Of a stretch of 64,000 bases of DNA, positions 1 to 13,554 are shown piece by piece (the stretch's first letter is position 1; each line of letters starts with the position of its first letter). Made by a program: the position numbers and the translations under genes. Under the pieces are notes generated by a model, which was not told the origin of the DNA, ran no database searches, and saw nothing but the letters and a program-made list of their open reading frames with translations. The stretch covers positions 14,260,001-14,324,000 of the forward strand of contig NC_042998.1 in the NCBI RefSeq assembly GCF_006345805.1. The letters run 5' to 3'. Origin of the DNA: Octopus sinensis (lineage: Eukaryota).

Positions 1-1036
1 GTCAGATATTTCTTGACTAGTGACAGAGGAGAAGAAAAGTTATCCCCAAACCAGAAACCTCACTTAAGTGAACTCTGGCTATGTTATCCAATATATCAGG
101 GGGCGTTGCTTAATTGGACATTGAATTAAGTCTACGACCCCAGAAAGCATTTGGTGGGTTTTGAACTCAAAAGACAAGATCTGTGAAAGGTAACGTAAGG
201 CGTCTCGTCTGACTTTCTCACAGCTCCAAGAATCCCCTGCTTCAGAATTGTAATTTTAACCGATCCGATAAGATGTGAACATCTTTTAAGAAACTTAAGA
301 TTTTCAAGACTACCTCGTTTAGTTAAATGGAAACCATCCAAGTAAACTTTTACAGAAACACGGTGATAATATAAGTATCAAGTTGTCACGAAGAAGTCTC
401 ATATGGCCTACTGGAAATATGGCCTACTGGAAATAGCAGCCAAATATCCCCCAAACTTCGTGCTACTATCTTAAAAATGGACGAATGTACTGGAAAACGC
501 AGTGGCAGTCCTGGATATAACACCAACAATTATTCTGGAATGGTCTAATCTAGAGCGCTTGTTGGACTGAACAGCAACATCAGAGCACTTGATTTCTCCT
601 CCTTCATATTGTATGTTATTGCTACGTTATTTAAATACACAAAATAGTATTAACATGACAGCTCTGTTACATTCATATATCCAAGACAACCGAGAATATC
701 CACAAGCACACACAGACTGAATGACATCTCCAGTCAAGTATACACAAGCATTACAGGCCAGTTATAAACATAGGGTGTATTTAACGCACTATTGTCCGAA
801 CACGGCCACTGAGGAAAAAATTGCAAAAATGGAGATGGTAATTAGGATTATAGAGGAGGGCGATTTAACGCGTGCCAGGCATGGAGTGTATATTCATAGA
901 CATACAAAATTATAAAAAATTAAAGGTAAGCTTTGTCGATGATGTGAACCCACTATGTCGGGAAGCAAGATACGATTGTCTACCACATGTGAAAGAATTT
1001 GAACAATTGAGACCATATTTTATATACTTAGATTAA

Positions 1037-1240
1037 GGCGGCGAGCTGGCAGAAATGTTAGCACGCCAGGTGAAATGCGTAGCTATATTTAGTCTGCCGT
1101 TACGTTCTGAGTTCAAATTCCGCCGAGGTCGATAAATTAAGAACCAGTTATGCAATGGGGGCGATATAATCGACTTAATCCGTTTGTCTGTCCTTGTTTG
1201 TCCTATTTGTGTTTAGCCCCTTGTGGGTAGTAAAGAAATA
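1037..1240 (+). mobile_element. SINE family A (tRNA-derived head), internally deleted copy
   Basis: Head ggcggcgagctggcagaa...gagttcaaattcc (A/B-box-like), tail ...gtgggtagtaaagaaata; imperfect tattttatata... duplication on both flanks; many copies in the window. Confidence 0.85.
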
Positions 1241-2196
1241 TATTTTATATATTAAGATATGCTAAAGTGATAAATGTTGGTATAAGAAAGAGGAAAAAAA
1301 TATAGGTAAAATGGTACTACTCGAAAGTGGGGGTCCGAGTAGCATTATACCTTTATCCATTATTTTATTCTATTTCATTCATTCGTTTTTTTTATGTCCC
1401 CACTTGTACTGTATTGTCTGTCATAGTTCGTCCCCTCTAAGTTGTCCCCTAGTGATAATAAAAAAATAACGTCTGTTACATTCATTCAGTGCTTCATATG
1501 GTAAATAGTTGAAATTCTTTCAAAGACAAAAAGAAAAAAAGAAAATTATGAAACAAAGAGATATCTTTTAAGCTCTCAGTATCTGTAAAACTTAGTAAAT
1601 ATTTCAGTAAAACATATATGAATGTAGTATAACATTCATTGAATACAAAGTAAAATATAACAACTATGAGGTTTTCTTAAAGTGGTACAAAGTGACAAAA
1701 TCCCTAAAATGGACAATTGAACTGAATACAGTATAAGCTTGGTAAGACGGCTAATTGGTACAAAGTTTTAATGGGTGGTTCGAATCCTACGTGGTATTCT
1801 GTTTTTCTGCGCTATAAGTTTGAGACTCACCGAGATCGACTTTCATCCTCTTGAGAGTCGACAAATAAATGTCTAGTCCAGGCCAGTGCACTGACGGAAT
1901 TGCCACAGCGTTTGATTGGATATCTCAGGCTACTGATCGATTCATCAATTTCTAACAGCAACGAGGGTAACGACAGTGATATTAAGCTGTATTGGCATTT
2001 GCTGTTCTTTTGTCGATATCGACGAATCAGAAAGAAAACGAAACTTGCCTGCATGGCCTTTACAAGTCTTCCACAAAAAATAAACCTTGATCATGCCTGC
2101 AACTTGGAGAGAACTATTGCAGGTGATTATCTAGAGCGCCATGAAGCATACAGAAGATTCACATATGCATGGCTCTTATTTTAATATTTTCTTTTA

Positions 2197-2680
2197 GGCG
2201 ACGAACTAGCAGAATTGTTAACACGCCAGACAAAAATGCTTAGCAGCATTTTTCCCGGGTCTTTACGTTCTGGGTTCAAATTTCACCGTGGTCGACTTTG
2301 CCTTTTATCTTTTCATAGTCGATAAAATAAGTATCGTGGAAGCGCGTGGCTTAGTGGTTAGGGTGTCAGTATCATGATCGTAAAGTTGTGGTTTTGATCC
2401 CTGGAGCGGGTGATGCGTTGTGTTCTTGAGCAAAACACTTCATTTCATGTTGCTCCAGTCCACTCATCTGTCAAAAATGAGTAATGCTGCGATGGACTGG
2501 CGTCCTGTCCAGCTGCGGAACATATACGCCATAGAAACCGGGAAACCGGGCCCATGAACCTGGCTAGGCTTTAAAAGGGCGCATTTATTTTTTATTTTTA
2601 AAATAAGTATCAGTTGAAGACTATATTCGATAAAATCGACTTACTTCCACACCTGAAATTACTGGTTTTATGTCAAAATT
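2197..2680 (+). mobile_element. Older SINE A copy interrupted by another SINE
   Basis: Degenerate A head and core gtcgactttgccttttatc; sequence resumes after the insertion at 2599. Confidence 0.7.
2336..2598 (+). mobile_element. tRNA-derived SINE (family C-related) with 13-bp TSD
   Basis: A-box tggcttagtgg; TSD taaaataagtatc at 2323-2335 and 2599-2611. Confidence 0.85.
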
Positions 2681-5161
2681 TCATCGTCTTCTTAATGATG
2701 CCAGGTCGGCAGTATCGCCATAGCGTCACTTAATGTTTTACCGCATTTGTCCTTGCCCTTTATGTACTGGATTTAAATACCACCCAGATTAACGCTGCCT
2801 TTCATCTTTTCGGGCTCGATCAAATAAAATTCCAGTTAACGAATGCTGCTAATTGCATCGACTTAAACTTTGTCCTCAAAATTGCTGGCCTTGTGTCTAA
2901 ATCTGAAGCTATTTTTATTGCATTTTTAAAGTGATGAATGACAAAGTCCAATGTGGAAGGACTTTAACAAACAAGGTCGCAAAACGAAACAAACGCAGAA
3001 AAAATTTGAATATTATGAAACAAATGTACATCTTTAAAAGTCTTAACGAATTATACGAATAAAAACTAGTAATCTTTGTGTAGAATACCCAAGAATGAAA
3101 TCCAACATAACATAGAGCATGCAGTGAATGCCCGGTAATGTTTATCGTTTTTTTTTTTTTTTTTTATGAACAAGTAAAACAATGACTGTATAATTTTCCC
3201 CAGTGGATATTGTTCAAAATATATATTAAGGCTTTATAAAATCCATGCTTACGTACGAGAACCATGAAAAGTAGGTTAATTATAGATCTCTTATATGCAA
3301 GTCCAATTAACAATTCCTGTTTCAGGCGCAATGCCAACGATATCTTCTTAGTTCAAATACCGTTGTGATCAAATTTGCCCTTCATACTCTCGGTATTGAT
3401 AGATAAATGTACCGGTTCTTGACTGCTACTTGACTGATACTATTCAGTATAATCTTCTTTATGCCTCCCTACAAGATACAAGGCCTTGTGCTTACGTAAA
3501 AAATCAATAGTTTGATGCTCTTTTCTCGGTTACTCTGCCATCTTTATTGCTCTTCGCCCTTAGCAGTGCATGACACTAACTTTTTAGCAAATACTACTTC
3601 AGGTAATATCGGTTAATTTTAGGGTGCTCTTTATGAATAGGAAATCCATTTTACTTCATCACGTCTACATTTTGACCTACAAGTTGAAAAGAAGAATTAA
3701 AACACAACAGTCAACAATGAACAGATCAATTACCGTTTTGATACTGCAAGTCACAATGACACCCGAAGCAAACATTTAAATCAAAGTGTTCTAATAAACT
3801 TGATCTGATATGAGTTAATCTATTTTAACAGATCGTTAAAGGTCATAACAAAAAGAACAATCAGTGCAATTCTTCAAAAACAAATTGGAACACTTGATGT
3901 TTTGCACGCTACATTACATTTCTGTATATTTGGTATCTTGTATATGAAAATCTGGATGTGATGAAGCAAAACTGGTTTTATATCTGGAAAGAGCACCATG
4001 AAGTTAGCTAAAATTACTCTAATTATATCTTGCTAAAAGAAAGTTTTATTTCATTTTGTCATGCAGTGTAAATAAGACATTTTGTTTTACAAGATCCAGG
4101 CAACATATTGTAGATAATTATAGTGTATTATGTAATCCTTTGTATATAATGGTTCATATTTTATGAAACACAGGTGGATGATAGGCTAGCTGACCTCAGC
4201 AGGAGTCTGGCTCGGGAATTTAATGAACAGGAAACTGAATTACATAATGCAGTTTTCTTGTGACATTAATGATTTTACTATCTATTGTGTGTTCGTTCGT
4301 TTTTTTTTTTTTGTTTCTTTGCTTCCCCCAAAAGAAACTGCGATTCAAAGTCAGCTCGCTGTATTTGATTTCATAATGATAAATTCCTCTTTCTTACCTG
4401 TTTGACAACCCTTCTTCATAGTGTCTGATAAATTGCCATGAAGTATTTCAGATCCCACCTGAGATGACTTAGACTTTCACCCTTGCCAGTCACTAAAATA
4501 AAGTCCCCGACATGTAGTGATATGAGTATAATTGACTGTTTTCTCCACCCAAATTTTTTGTACATTTATTATAAATTATTATTAAACTATTATTATGCAC
4601 AGCAGAATTACTTCCGACGCTTTACGTTGAGGCCAACTTTGGCTGTCACCCTTTCGAGGTTGATAAAATAAAGCACCAGTCAAGGACAGGAGTTGATGTA
4701 AACGACTACTCCCTACAACCCAAATTTTAGGTCTTGTGCCTGCAATAGAAAAGAATATTCTTATAATTAAAGCTGTGAATTGACAGACACTGCAGAACAT
4801 TCGAACAAAATGATTAGCGTTATTTCTTCTTAGTCATTACAAATTTGAGTTCAGATTCTGCAAGGACCAACTTTGCTTCTGACCCTTTCGTGGTCTATAA
4901 ATGAGTACCAGTTGAGCGCTGGGAGTTGATACTGTCCACAAACCCACTCTCCCTAAATCTATTGGCCCCTGTGCCAATATCTGATTAACATAAACATAGT
5001 TCCACATTTTTTGAAGAGTACGGATTGACAACTATATCATTGATTGTTACTTTATTTCATCGAACTCGGGAAGAATAAAAATAAAACTTGACCCTGGTGG
5101 GATTCGCACCCATGTCGCAATGAGCTGTAACTAGATACTGCAAGGTATTTTGTCATTCCCA

Positions 5162-5947
5162 TTTCTTTATTTGGCACCACGGCCACAACACAGAGGGGGA
5201 CACTACAAGGACAGACACAACACCACAATGGGGACATAAAACATAAAACGAATGAGAATGAAATGTTATATATAAATGTAGAAATGAAATGGCTGCATGG
5301 GCCCCATTCCCATGCAGTACCATTTGAACGTTTATACACACTATTTACAAGGCGGCGAGCTGGCAGAAACGTTAGCACGCCGGGCGAAATGCTTAACGAT
5401 ATTTCGTCTGCCGTTACGTTCTGAGTTCAAATTCCGCCGAGGTCCACTTTGCCTTTCATCCTTTCGGGGTCGATAAATTAAGTACCAGTTACACACTGGG
5501 ATCGATGTAATCGACTTAATCCCTTTGTCTGTCCTTGTTTGTCCCCTCTGTGTTTAGCCCCTTGTGGGTAGTAAAGCAATATATACACGCTATTTACAAT
5601 CGTTCTATTTTTCTATTGTTTTTTTCTTAATCATCTTTTTTTTTTACTTTTCCCTTTTTTCTTTCAACAAAACAATTTTACTTACTCTTTTTTTTTTCCT
5701 TTTTAATACCTCATGAAGGTCTCCAAGTCTCTGAGTTCAACTACGGGCGGCGGTTCGTCGAACTCCACCAAAACTCCGGGCGGGTCAATCTTGTCTCCGC
5801 ACATGTCTCTCAGTCTCTTGTATGTGTCTTTGTCGACCACAATGGCCTTCACATTTTCCGCATACATATCCGGAGGTAACCTCTCTCTTATGATATGCTT
5901 AAATTTTACAATTTTTCTTTCCGTCTCTTTGTTTTTTTGCATAATAA
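5162..5947 (-). mobile_element. 5'-truncated LINE 3' end (ORF C-terminus plus 3' UTR), putative partner of SINE A
   Basis: GC-richer ORF 5703-5942 (...DKIDPPGVLVEFDEPPPVVELRDLETFMRY*); 3' terminus resembles the SINE A tail; 13-bp TSD tttgtcattcYca at 5149-5161 and 5948-5960. Confidence 0.7.
5351..5581 (+). mobile_element. SINE A, full length, 18-bp TSD
   Basis: TSD tatacacRctatttacaa at 5333-5350 and 5582-5599. Confidence 0.92.
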
Positions 5948-6349
5948 TTTGTCATTCTCACTACGAATAAAACCATATTCAGGCGAATGTATATGAAACG
6001 GCACGAAGTAGATCGTGATGCCACATGAGCTGGTGGTGAATGTTCACGTGTAAAGAATGGGTGTGTAGCGAGATATTCGAAACACACAATTCATGTGGAC
6101 TATTTTGACACATACCTACATTGACTGTTGCCATTTCACTCACGCAAAAGATGAATGAAATTACAACTATCCTTCGATCATATAGTTGTTTGATCGACTT
6201 TTCCTACTATTAATTACTAGTGGCACTCGTGAAGAATGTACTATTTTAAAAAATTATTTTCATGCACCAGGTTAAAGGTTTCCCTAGTTTATTTCTTTAT
6301 TCTAAAGACAGTATATCCACTCTGTTTGTAAGGATTGCACCAATGAGTC

Positions 6350-6760
6350 TATTTGTTAAAACTAGAGTTTTCAAAGCCCCTGTGGAACCAATCCTTCTCT
6401 ATAGCTCAGTCATGAATCCTAACATCTGCTCTGACAAGGAAGTTAGGGGGTTACTACATCCGTTCCTCGCGTACTGCTCTTAATATCTCTTGGCAGTCGC
6501 ACTCAATTAGCAAGATCCTATGTAGGCGTCTTCCGAAGACTTCAGTTGTCATAAGAAAGTATCGTCCAGCTCTTGCTAGTCATGTAATGAGACACAATGA
6601 AGTTGCTGCGAGTGTTCTGTTATGATCCCCCGTTGTCACTCGTAGACGTGGCCACCCGAACCTGACCCTCAAGAAAATCATTGAAGAAGACGTTGGACTA
6701 TATGGTAGTGTCTTTATGAACGCAGTGCAAGAGGGCGATGCATGGAGGAACCTTACAGTG
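6350..6760 (+). pseudogene. Highly degraded RTE-like LINE ORF C-terminal fragment
   Basis: KTRVFKAPVEPILLYS matches KLEIFKATVEPILLYGS of the 14354-15037 element; downstream frames are broken. Confidence 0.6.
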
Positions 6761-7609
6761 TAACCAATTCGTGCTGAATGATTAAAATATCTTCAAGATT
6801 TAAATCATGTCTTCGATTTCGTTCCGTAATCAAGATTGTTTGATTTGTCCCGGTTACGCCTGGGACAAAATTATCTTTTTTTTTCTATTTCATAAAGTTA
6901 AATTTCAGAAGAGATTCAAATCAACCAGAAAACAATTTTTGAAAGATTTGGCAGATCTCAGCCCCTGAAAATTCACAAAGTTTTCAGAAAATGCGTCTTC
7001 AGGCATCGTTTAAATAGAATACGCCTACAAATCCGTATAAAAATATTTCTTTTCCGGAAGGATCACCTCACTACCTACAGGCGTCAAAATTTTCCTAATG
7101 AAGAAAAGATACTCAGAGTATATCTGAAAATAACATTAAGATGCAAAAAAACACAAAAATGGTTTAAACTGCATTCGCGTATAATTAACCTGTTTAACAC
7201 TGGTTCTCGCGCGAACCATTCAAACCCTCGAATGATACTTGGTTTATAAGAACCCCGGGTTGAGTAGCACAAATTTGAAAAGGGATGCTTCAATACGCCA
7301 ATAAATAATACAGGTTATTATTTTTCACAGTTTATTATTTTCCCCATCAACACGATAGCATAATAAATGCGGATGGGTTTACTCGCTTTCTTTGGCAATC
7401 CTTTACTTCCAGCTGCTGGCTGGGTGATATTTTATCAACTATAAATTAATTAAAAGGAAATGTCAACCTTGTGGGGATTTGAACTCTATATATAAATTAA
7501 TAATAACCAAATAGCAAACGGCATTTTCACGATATTCTACCAGTTCTGTCATAATAAATACGAGTAGGAAGGCAAACGGATGAAGAACAAGCAGACGAAC
7601 AACAACATA

Positions 7610-7660
<51 letters not shown>

Positions 7661-8419
7661 ATACAAGAATACATATACACTCATATACACACATATATGT
7701 CTAATGTATGTATACATGATTTACTATTTTCATGCAAGCGGTTAAACTTAAAAATAGATAGCGTCTAACTGCTTTGTTACGCGGTTATTCCCCGTCTTCC
7801 ATCTTCTCCTTCCATCTCCCCCGCTCTTATATTCACATGTAACAATATTGATTAAGCAAAACTACCCATTGATCTTTTACTGTAGCTAACCGATTATGTC
7901 TGCGGCATGTCATCGATCCATCTACTCTACACGCTTGAAAATATATGCCAATCAATTCTTCAGGAAGAAATATGCCTAAAATACAACTGATTTCGCCTAT
8001 TTAGCTATCCATGCGTATATCGACGTTTCTGGATGGAAGTGATGGTAGTGGAGGGGTATTTACAGGCTTCTATATATAATGTTTGTATGAGTGCGACGTT
8101 GAATATGTGTATGTGTGTATGTGTGATGTTGAATGTGTATATATGATTGTGTCGGTGAATATTCGTGTGTTTGACGGGGAATATGTTTGTGACGTTTTGA
8201 GATATGACGATGCATATTTGTAATGAGTATTCTCTGTAGTTTTCTATGCGTTTCGGTTTTCACTTACAAGACGTAAACACATATGAATATATATTTCCGT
8301 ACTTGGTTACGCTTTATCAATATGCCACCGATAGATGTGTGGGTGTGAGAGTGATTGTGTGTGTCTATGTGTATCTCTATCTAGCTATGTGTGTGTGTCT
8401 CTCTCTCTCTCTCTTTTTC

Positions 8420-8660
8420 TCTTTTCTCTTTTACTTGTTTCAGTCATCTGACGGTGGCCATGCTGGAGCAACGCCTTTTTTAGTCGAGCAAATCGCCCCC
8501 AGGACTTATTCTTTGTAAGCCTAGTACTTATCCTATCGGTCTCTTTTGCCGAACCGCTAAGTAACGGGGACGTAAACACACCAGCATCGGTTGTCAAAGG
8601 TTTATGTATGTATGTATGTATGTATGTATGTATGTATGTTGGAGAGACAAACACAGACAT
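8420..8660 (-). mobile_element. SINE B 3' half
   Basis: Reverse complement of ...ccagcatggcc...gactgaaacaagtaaaagag tail. Confidence 0.85.
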
Positions 8661-9292
8661 AAATTCACATAAAGCACGCACATGTATGTGAATATCCTTA
8701 TTTATGCATACTGTGCAGATATATATGAACAAAAATGCATTGTCCATGTTGGAAGATACTTCATATATTTTACAGCTTTTAATAACCCTCGAGTCACGGA
8801 GGACGGACAAATCACAGAAAAAGCAGTTTCAGTGGTCTGCTCCGTCAGGTTAGTGAATGGTATACACATAATAGTGCGACTTGCTCTAACAGGTAAACTA
8901 CATTGCATCATCATACTTCTTATTCAACTAGGTTAAAAGATCCTGGGAATATAATGGAAAATTACTCCTCGGTTCTGTATAAAATCATGACAATCCCATC
9001 ATTTTCGTTGATTGTAACGTCAGGATCAGACCAGTCTGCAAAACATGGGCGGCTTTCATTGGAAGCTATGGAATCATATAGTTGAAATGTAGTACAAGAG
9101 TAGTAGCATTTAGTTGCTCAGTGTATAGAATAGAACACAACCTGTTTATTTTAGTATTGTTACCTCCTTCCCAACATAAGATACTATGGATGTATACCTA
9201 ATCTAAACGAATACAAACAGGGAAGGCCGTTATGTATGTGTGTATGTATGTATGTATGTATGTATGTATGTATGTATGCATGTATGTATGTA

Positions 9293-9576
9293 AGTGACAA
9301 CCTGGCCACTGTTGGTGGTGTAACACACCATACTAATCATATCTGTCGGGCATGTGGAAGAGAGTGTAATTCGGCAGGAGGACTTAAACGACATGCACAG
9401 ATACATAAAGCCCAGTTACATCTACAGCCGGCTATTACCAGTAAAGGTTTTAGTTGCCAATTTTGTACAAGACATTGTAGATCTTTAGCTGTGCTAAATG
9501 TCACATTCGATCACAGCACTAGTAACATTTAAGCCTCGTGCAATGGCCATACTCGATAACGAGGGGGCAGCCATAA
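9293..9576 (+). mobile_element. 5'-truncated LINE 3' end with C2H2 zinc fingers (RTE-like)
   Basis: CRACGRECNSAGGLKRHAQIH and CQFCTRHCRSLA; short 3' UTR stem ctcgataacgag; (TATG)n on both flanks; second copy at 45573-45988. Confidence 0.75.
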
Positions 9577-9607
9577 TGTATGTATGTATGTATGTATGTA
9601 TGTATAA

Positions 9608-9641
<34 letters not shown>

Positions 9642-10190
9642 TCCCTCCCTCATCACGGTTGATAATCGGTGTTGGTGCCTTTACGTTCCATAACTTAACG
9701 GTTAGGTAAAAAGAGACGGATAAGATAAATACTAGGCTTAAGATATAAATTATGGGGGCGATTTTTTTCGATTAAAATCCCTTCATGGTAGTGTCAAATG
9801 ACTAAGAGAAATAAAAGATTAAAAGCCTATAGCTTAGTAATGTAACAGCCAGGAGATGTTATGTAGTTTTTGTTATTTAACAAAATTTCTGCTGTGAATG
9901 AGGATACAGAAATTTGATCGAGAGAGTTAACTTGCCCTGAATCAATTTGTAAATGACCAAGCTTTCGACAAACAGCTGTACTCTTAACATTATTCTGAAA
10001 CCGAATCTGCAGAGCAGAACAAGTTTGAACCTTTTGAATTAGAAGTACAGGTTTCTACCAATTCCCATCTGCTCCGTTCAATTCTTCAAAACGTATGTTT
10101 CAACTTGAGGCTTTAGAAAATTACCAAGACCAAGATGACACACAATGGAATTGAAATCGGGAACTCATGATTGTTCATATATATATATGA

Positions 10191-10540
10191 ATATAAGAAA
10201 TTAAAAAAGGAAAATACGCACACTTACATGGTTTTAATATACTTTTTAATATATCAACCGGTTTCGCTATCGCTATTCAGGATATGTTTAATTTATTTGA
10301 ATATATATTTTTTCTTAGAAGAAATTTGGTCCATGTTATGCGTGATGAAATTCACGAGTGAATGACTTCACTCGTGAATTTCATCACGCATAACATGGAC
10401 CAAATTCCTTCTTAAGAAAAAATATATATTCAAATAAATTAAACATATCCTGAATAGCGATAGCGAAACCGGTCGATATATTAAAAAGTATATTAAAACC
10501 ATGTAAGTGTGCGTATTTTCGTTTTATAATTTCTTATATA
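10191..10540. repeat. Near-perfect palindrome, ~172-bp arms with a 4-nt loop (Penelope-like inverted pseudo-LTR candidate)
   Basis: ...ttcacgagtgaa TGAC ttcactcgtgaa... centred at 10363-10366; arms differ at only a few positions. Confidence 0.93.
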
Positions 10541-10600
10541 CATTACAACCCACCACGTGGGGACAATCGAAATTCCTCTTTTCTATATATAAATATATAT

Positions 10601-12391
10601 AGTTAGTTAGTTAGTTAGTTAATTTGGCTCAAAAGCAAATAGCAAGGCCATGTAGGGGGACATGGAGTTAAGTACAGGATGGTGTTCATGTAAAGAGTTC
10701 AGGCCACTTGAGGTCCAGGGAGGCTTTGAGCAAAGCGGTCGTCGGCATCTTCACCATCTCGTCTGGCAGCTTGTTCCACGGATCCGCAACCCGGACGGAG
10801 AAAGCTCCTCTCCTTCGATTGAGATGAAATCGTCGCAGGTAGAGCTTTTCGGAATGACCCCGCAGCCGACGCTCTGGAGCAGGAGTGAAGAACAGCTCTT
10901 TCGAGAGGTTACACTTTCCGCTTATGATGTTGTGGGCGAGAATGAGATCACCACGGCGGCGGCGTTTTTCAAGAGAATAAAGGTCGAGCGTCCTTAGCCT
11001 TTCTTCGTAAGACAAATTTTTGAGACCATGAACCATGCGGGTAGCCAGCTTCTGGACTCTTTCGAGATGCTGTATGTCTTTGAGGAGATAAGGAGAAGAG
11101 GCTTGAATCCCATACTCCAATATGGGTCTCACCAGCGTGACATAGAGTGGCAGGAATATGGCTGCTGTGAGCATTCCGAATGACCGTCGAATCAAGAACA
11201 GAATTCCGCGTGCTTTGTTGGCAGCATGGACGCACTGGGCCGAAGGCGAAAAGGAGGAATCCACCAAGATACCCAGGTCCTTTACCTGATCGGTCCTCTC
11301 CAGCAGCAGACGACCCGGCTCGAAATCAAGTTGAGTTGCAGGAGTAGAGCCGACAGGCAGATGACAGCACTTTGACACGTTCAGACACAGGTCCCAATCG
11401 TTAGACCACTTCCAAATTTGGTGGAGGCATCGACGAAGATCCTCTATATTACCGCGAGGAGCGACCAGTTTGATATCGTCGGCAAATAGAAGGGTGTGTT
11501 GCGTGAGGTCGTCGGGCAAGTCATTTATGAAGACTAAGAACAACAAGGGCCCAAGCACTGAAACTTGACGTCGCACTGGAGACGTCGGACCGCGAACCAT
11601 TAACTTGGACTTGCAAGGAGAGATCTGAGAGGAAGGCACCAACCCATCGTACAATATCCGGATGGAAACTATATGCTTGAAGCTTGACAAGTAATAGGCG
11701 GTGGTTTACCGAGTCAAAAGTCCAATAAAACGATGTCAACAGCATCACTATCATCGAGGATGCGCGTCACCAATTCTTCCATTACTAGTAAGTTAGTCAA
11801 GCATGATCTCTTCGACACAAAGCCGTGTTGGGAATCAGAGATAGAGGCTGTGTTTAGGAGGTGGAGCATCATACTTTTCTTAAGGATGGTTTCGAACATC
11901 TTGCTGATTATTGATGTAAGGGAAACCGGTCGGTAGTTAAGCGGGTCTTCGCGGCTCCCTTTCTTGAAAATTGGGCAGATTATCGCTGTTCTCCAGTCTG
12001 CAGGTATAACACCCGTCGCCAATGACATATTGAATAGTCGTGTTAAGGGCTCGCAGATGACCGGAGCCAACGCTTTGATAACCCGTGGGTGTATGCCGTC
12101 AGGGCCGTGACCCTTGTTGACATCGAGGCCTTGAATAACACGTTTGACTTCGTCCCGCGTGATGACCAATCGAAGCATTGGAGGTACCGATCTATCAAAT
12201 GGAGGGGGTTCACGACCATCATCTTGTTTGAAAATAGTTGAAAAAGCCTCGGCAAATAATTGACTCTGTTGATAAGGGTCCTCAATCGATAAGCCTGTTG
12301 AGTCTACCAACGTTGCAATCTGGTTGTTCAAGCGGGAATTCCGCTGGACATGGGCAAAGAAGGTTTTTGGATTGCTACTGGCATTTGCCAT
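10601..12391 (-). mobile_element. 5'-truncated CR1/L2-group LINE, reverse transcriptase pseudogene
   Basis: NYRPVSLTS, QHGF, SCLTNL, LDF, SVLGPLLFLVFINDL, LFADDIKL, KDLGI, RPILEY, LERVQK, RRRRGDLI motifs split over frameshifted ORFs 11714-12391, 11521-11754 and 10686-11690; (AACT)n tail at 10601-10620. Confidence 0.95.
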
Positions 12392-12392
12392 T

Positions 12393-12776
12393 ATACTCTT
12401 TTACTCGATTAATTCAGTCATTTGACTGTGGCCATGCTGGAGCACCGCCTTTCGTCGAGCAAATCGACCCAGGACTTGTTCTTTGTAAGTCTAGTACTTA
12501 TTCTATCGGTCTCTTTTCCAACCATCGGTTGTCAAGCGATGTTGGGGGAACAAACACAGACACACATATACACTTACACACACACACACACACACCACAC
12601 ACATATATATATATATATGACGGGCTTCTTTCGGTTTCCCTCTACCAAATCCACTCACAAGGCTTTGGTCGGCCCGAGGCTATAGTAGAAGACACTTGCT
12701 CAAGATGCCACGCAGTGGGACTGAACCCGGAACCCTGTGGTTGGTAAACAAACTACGTACCACACCACTCCTGCGC

Positions 12777-12778
<2 letters not shown>
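12393..12778 (-). mobile_element. SINE family B (tRNA head, CORE-like ccttgggcaagt segment, internal microsatellite)
   Basis: Matches the other B copies; abuts the LINE 5' end. Confidence 0.88.
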
Positions 12779-12835
<57 letters not shown>

Positions 12836-13178
12836 CAAGGGTTATTAATAAGGGATAATCAATCTCAACAAAATTCTTCTCCAGCTCTTTGCTATATAGC
12901 AAGCGAAAGTGTCTATGTGCGTGTGAATGCGTGTATTTCCTCTAATCCAGGGGACGGTAAGTCTGGAATTTCTCCGACGTCTTGTTGTTTCCCCAAGCAG
13001 GAAAAGCTACATCTAGGTTTTCTTGTCTGACGAAATGAGTAAACGTCACGGAAATATGAGTGGAACCGGACACTGGATCGCGCGAAATAAATTATAACAC
13101 TCTTCTGGTTTATTGATTAATGTTTCTTTCGTTCACGTTAACGAGCACAGACACACGCACACACACACACACACGCAC

Positions 13179-13214
<36 letters not shown>

Positions 13215-13254
13215 TCATGCACACACACATATATGCATATATATATGTGTGTGC

Positions 13255-13289
<35 letters not shown>

Positions 13290-13326
13290 CACACACATAT
13301 TTATATATATATATATATATATATAA

Positions 13327-13505
13327 TGTGTCGTAAGTAGCTTGCTTCCAAGCAACATGGTTCCGACTTCAATCCCACTGTGTGGCACCTTTGGTAAGTG
13401 TCTTCTACTATAGCCTCGGGCCGACAAAAGCCTTGTGAGTGGATTTGGTAGACGGAAACTGAAAGAAGTCCGTCGTAAGTATATATATATATTATATATA
13501 TACAT

Positions 13506-13554
<49 letters not shown>

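Noticed and set aside
1540-3110. Weak similarity between about 1545-1635 and 3012-3110 (attatgaaacaaa...)
   Set aside because: Low identity in AT-rich DNA; cannot distinguish an old duplication from chance by eye
10686-11690. 334-aa ORF as a functional RT gene
   Set aside because: Frameshifted, 5'-truncated, lacks the endonuclease and part of the QG motif region; dead LINE copy
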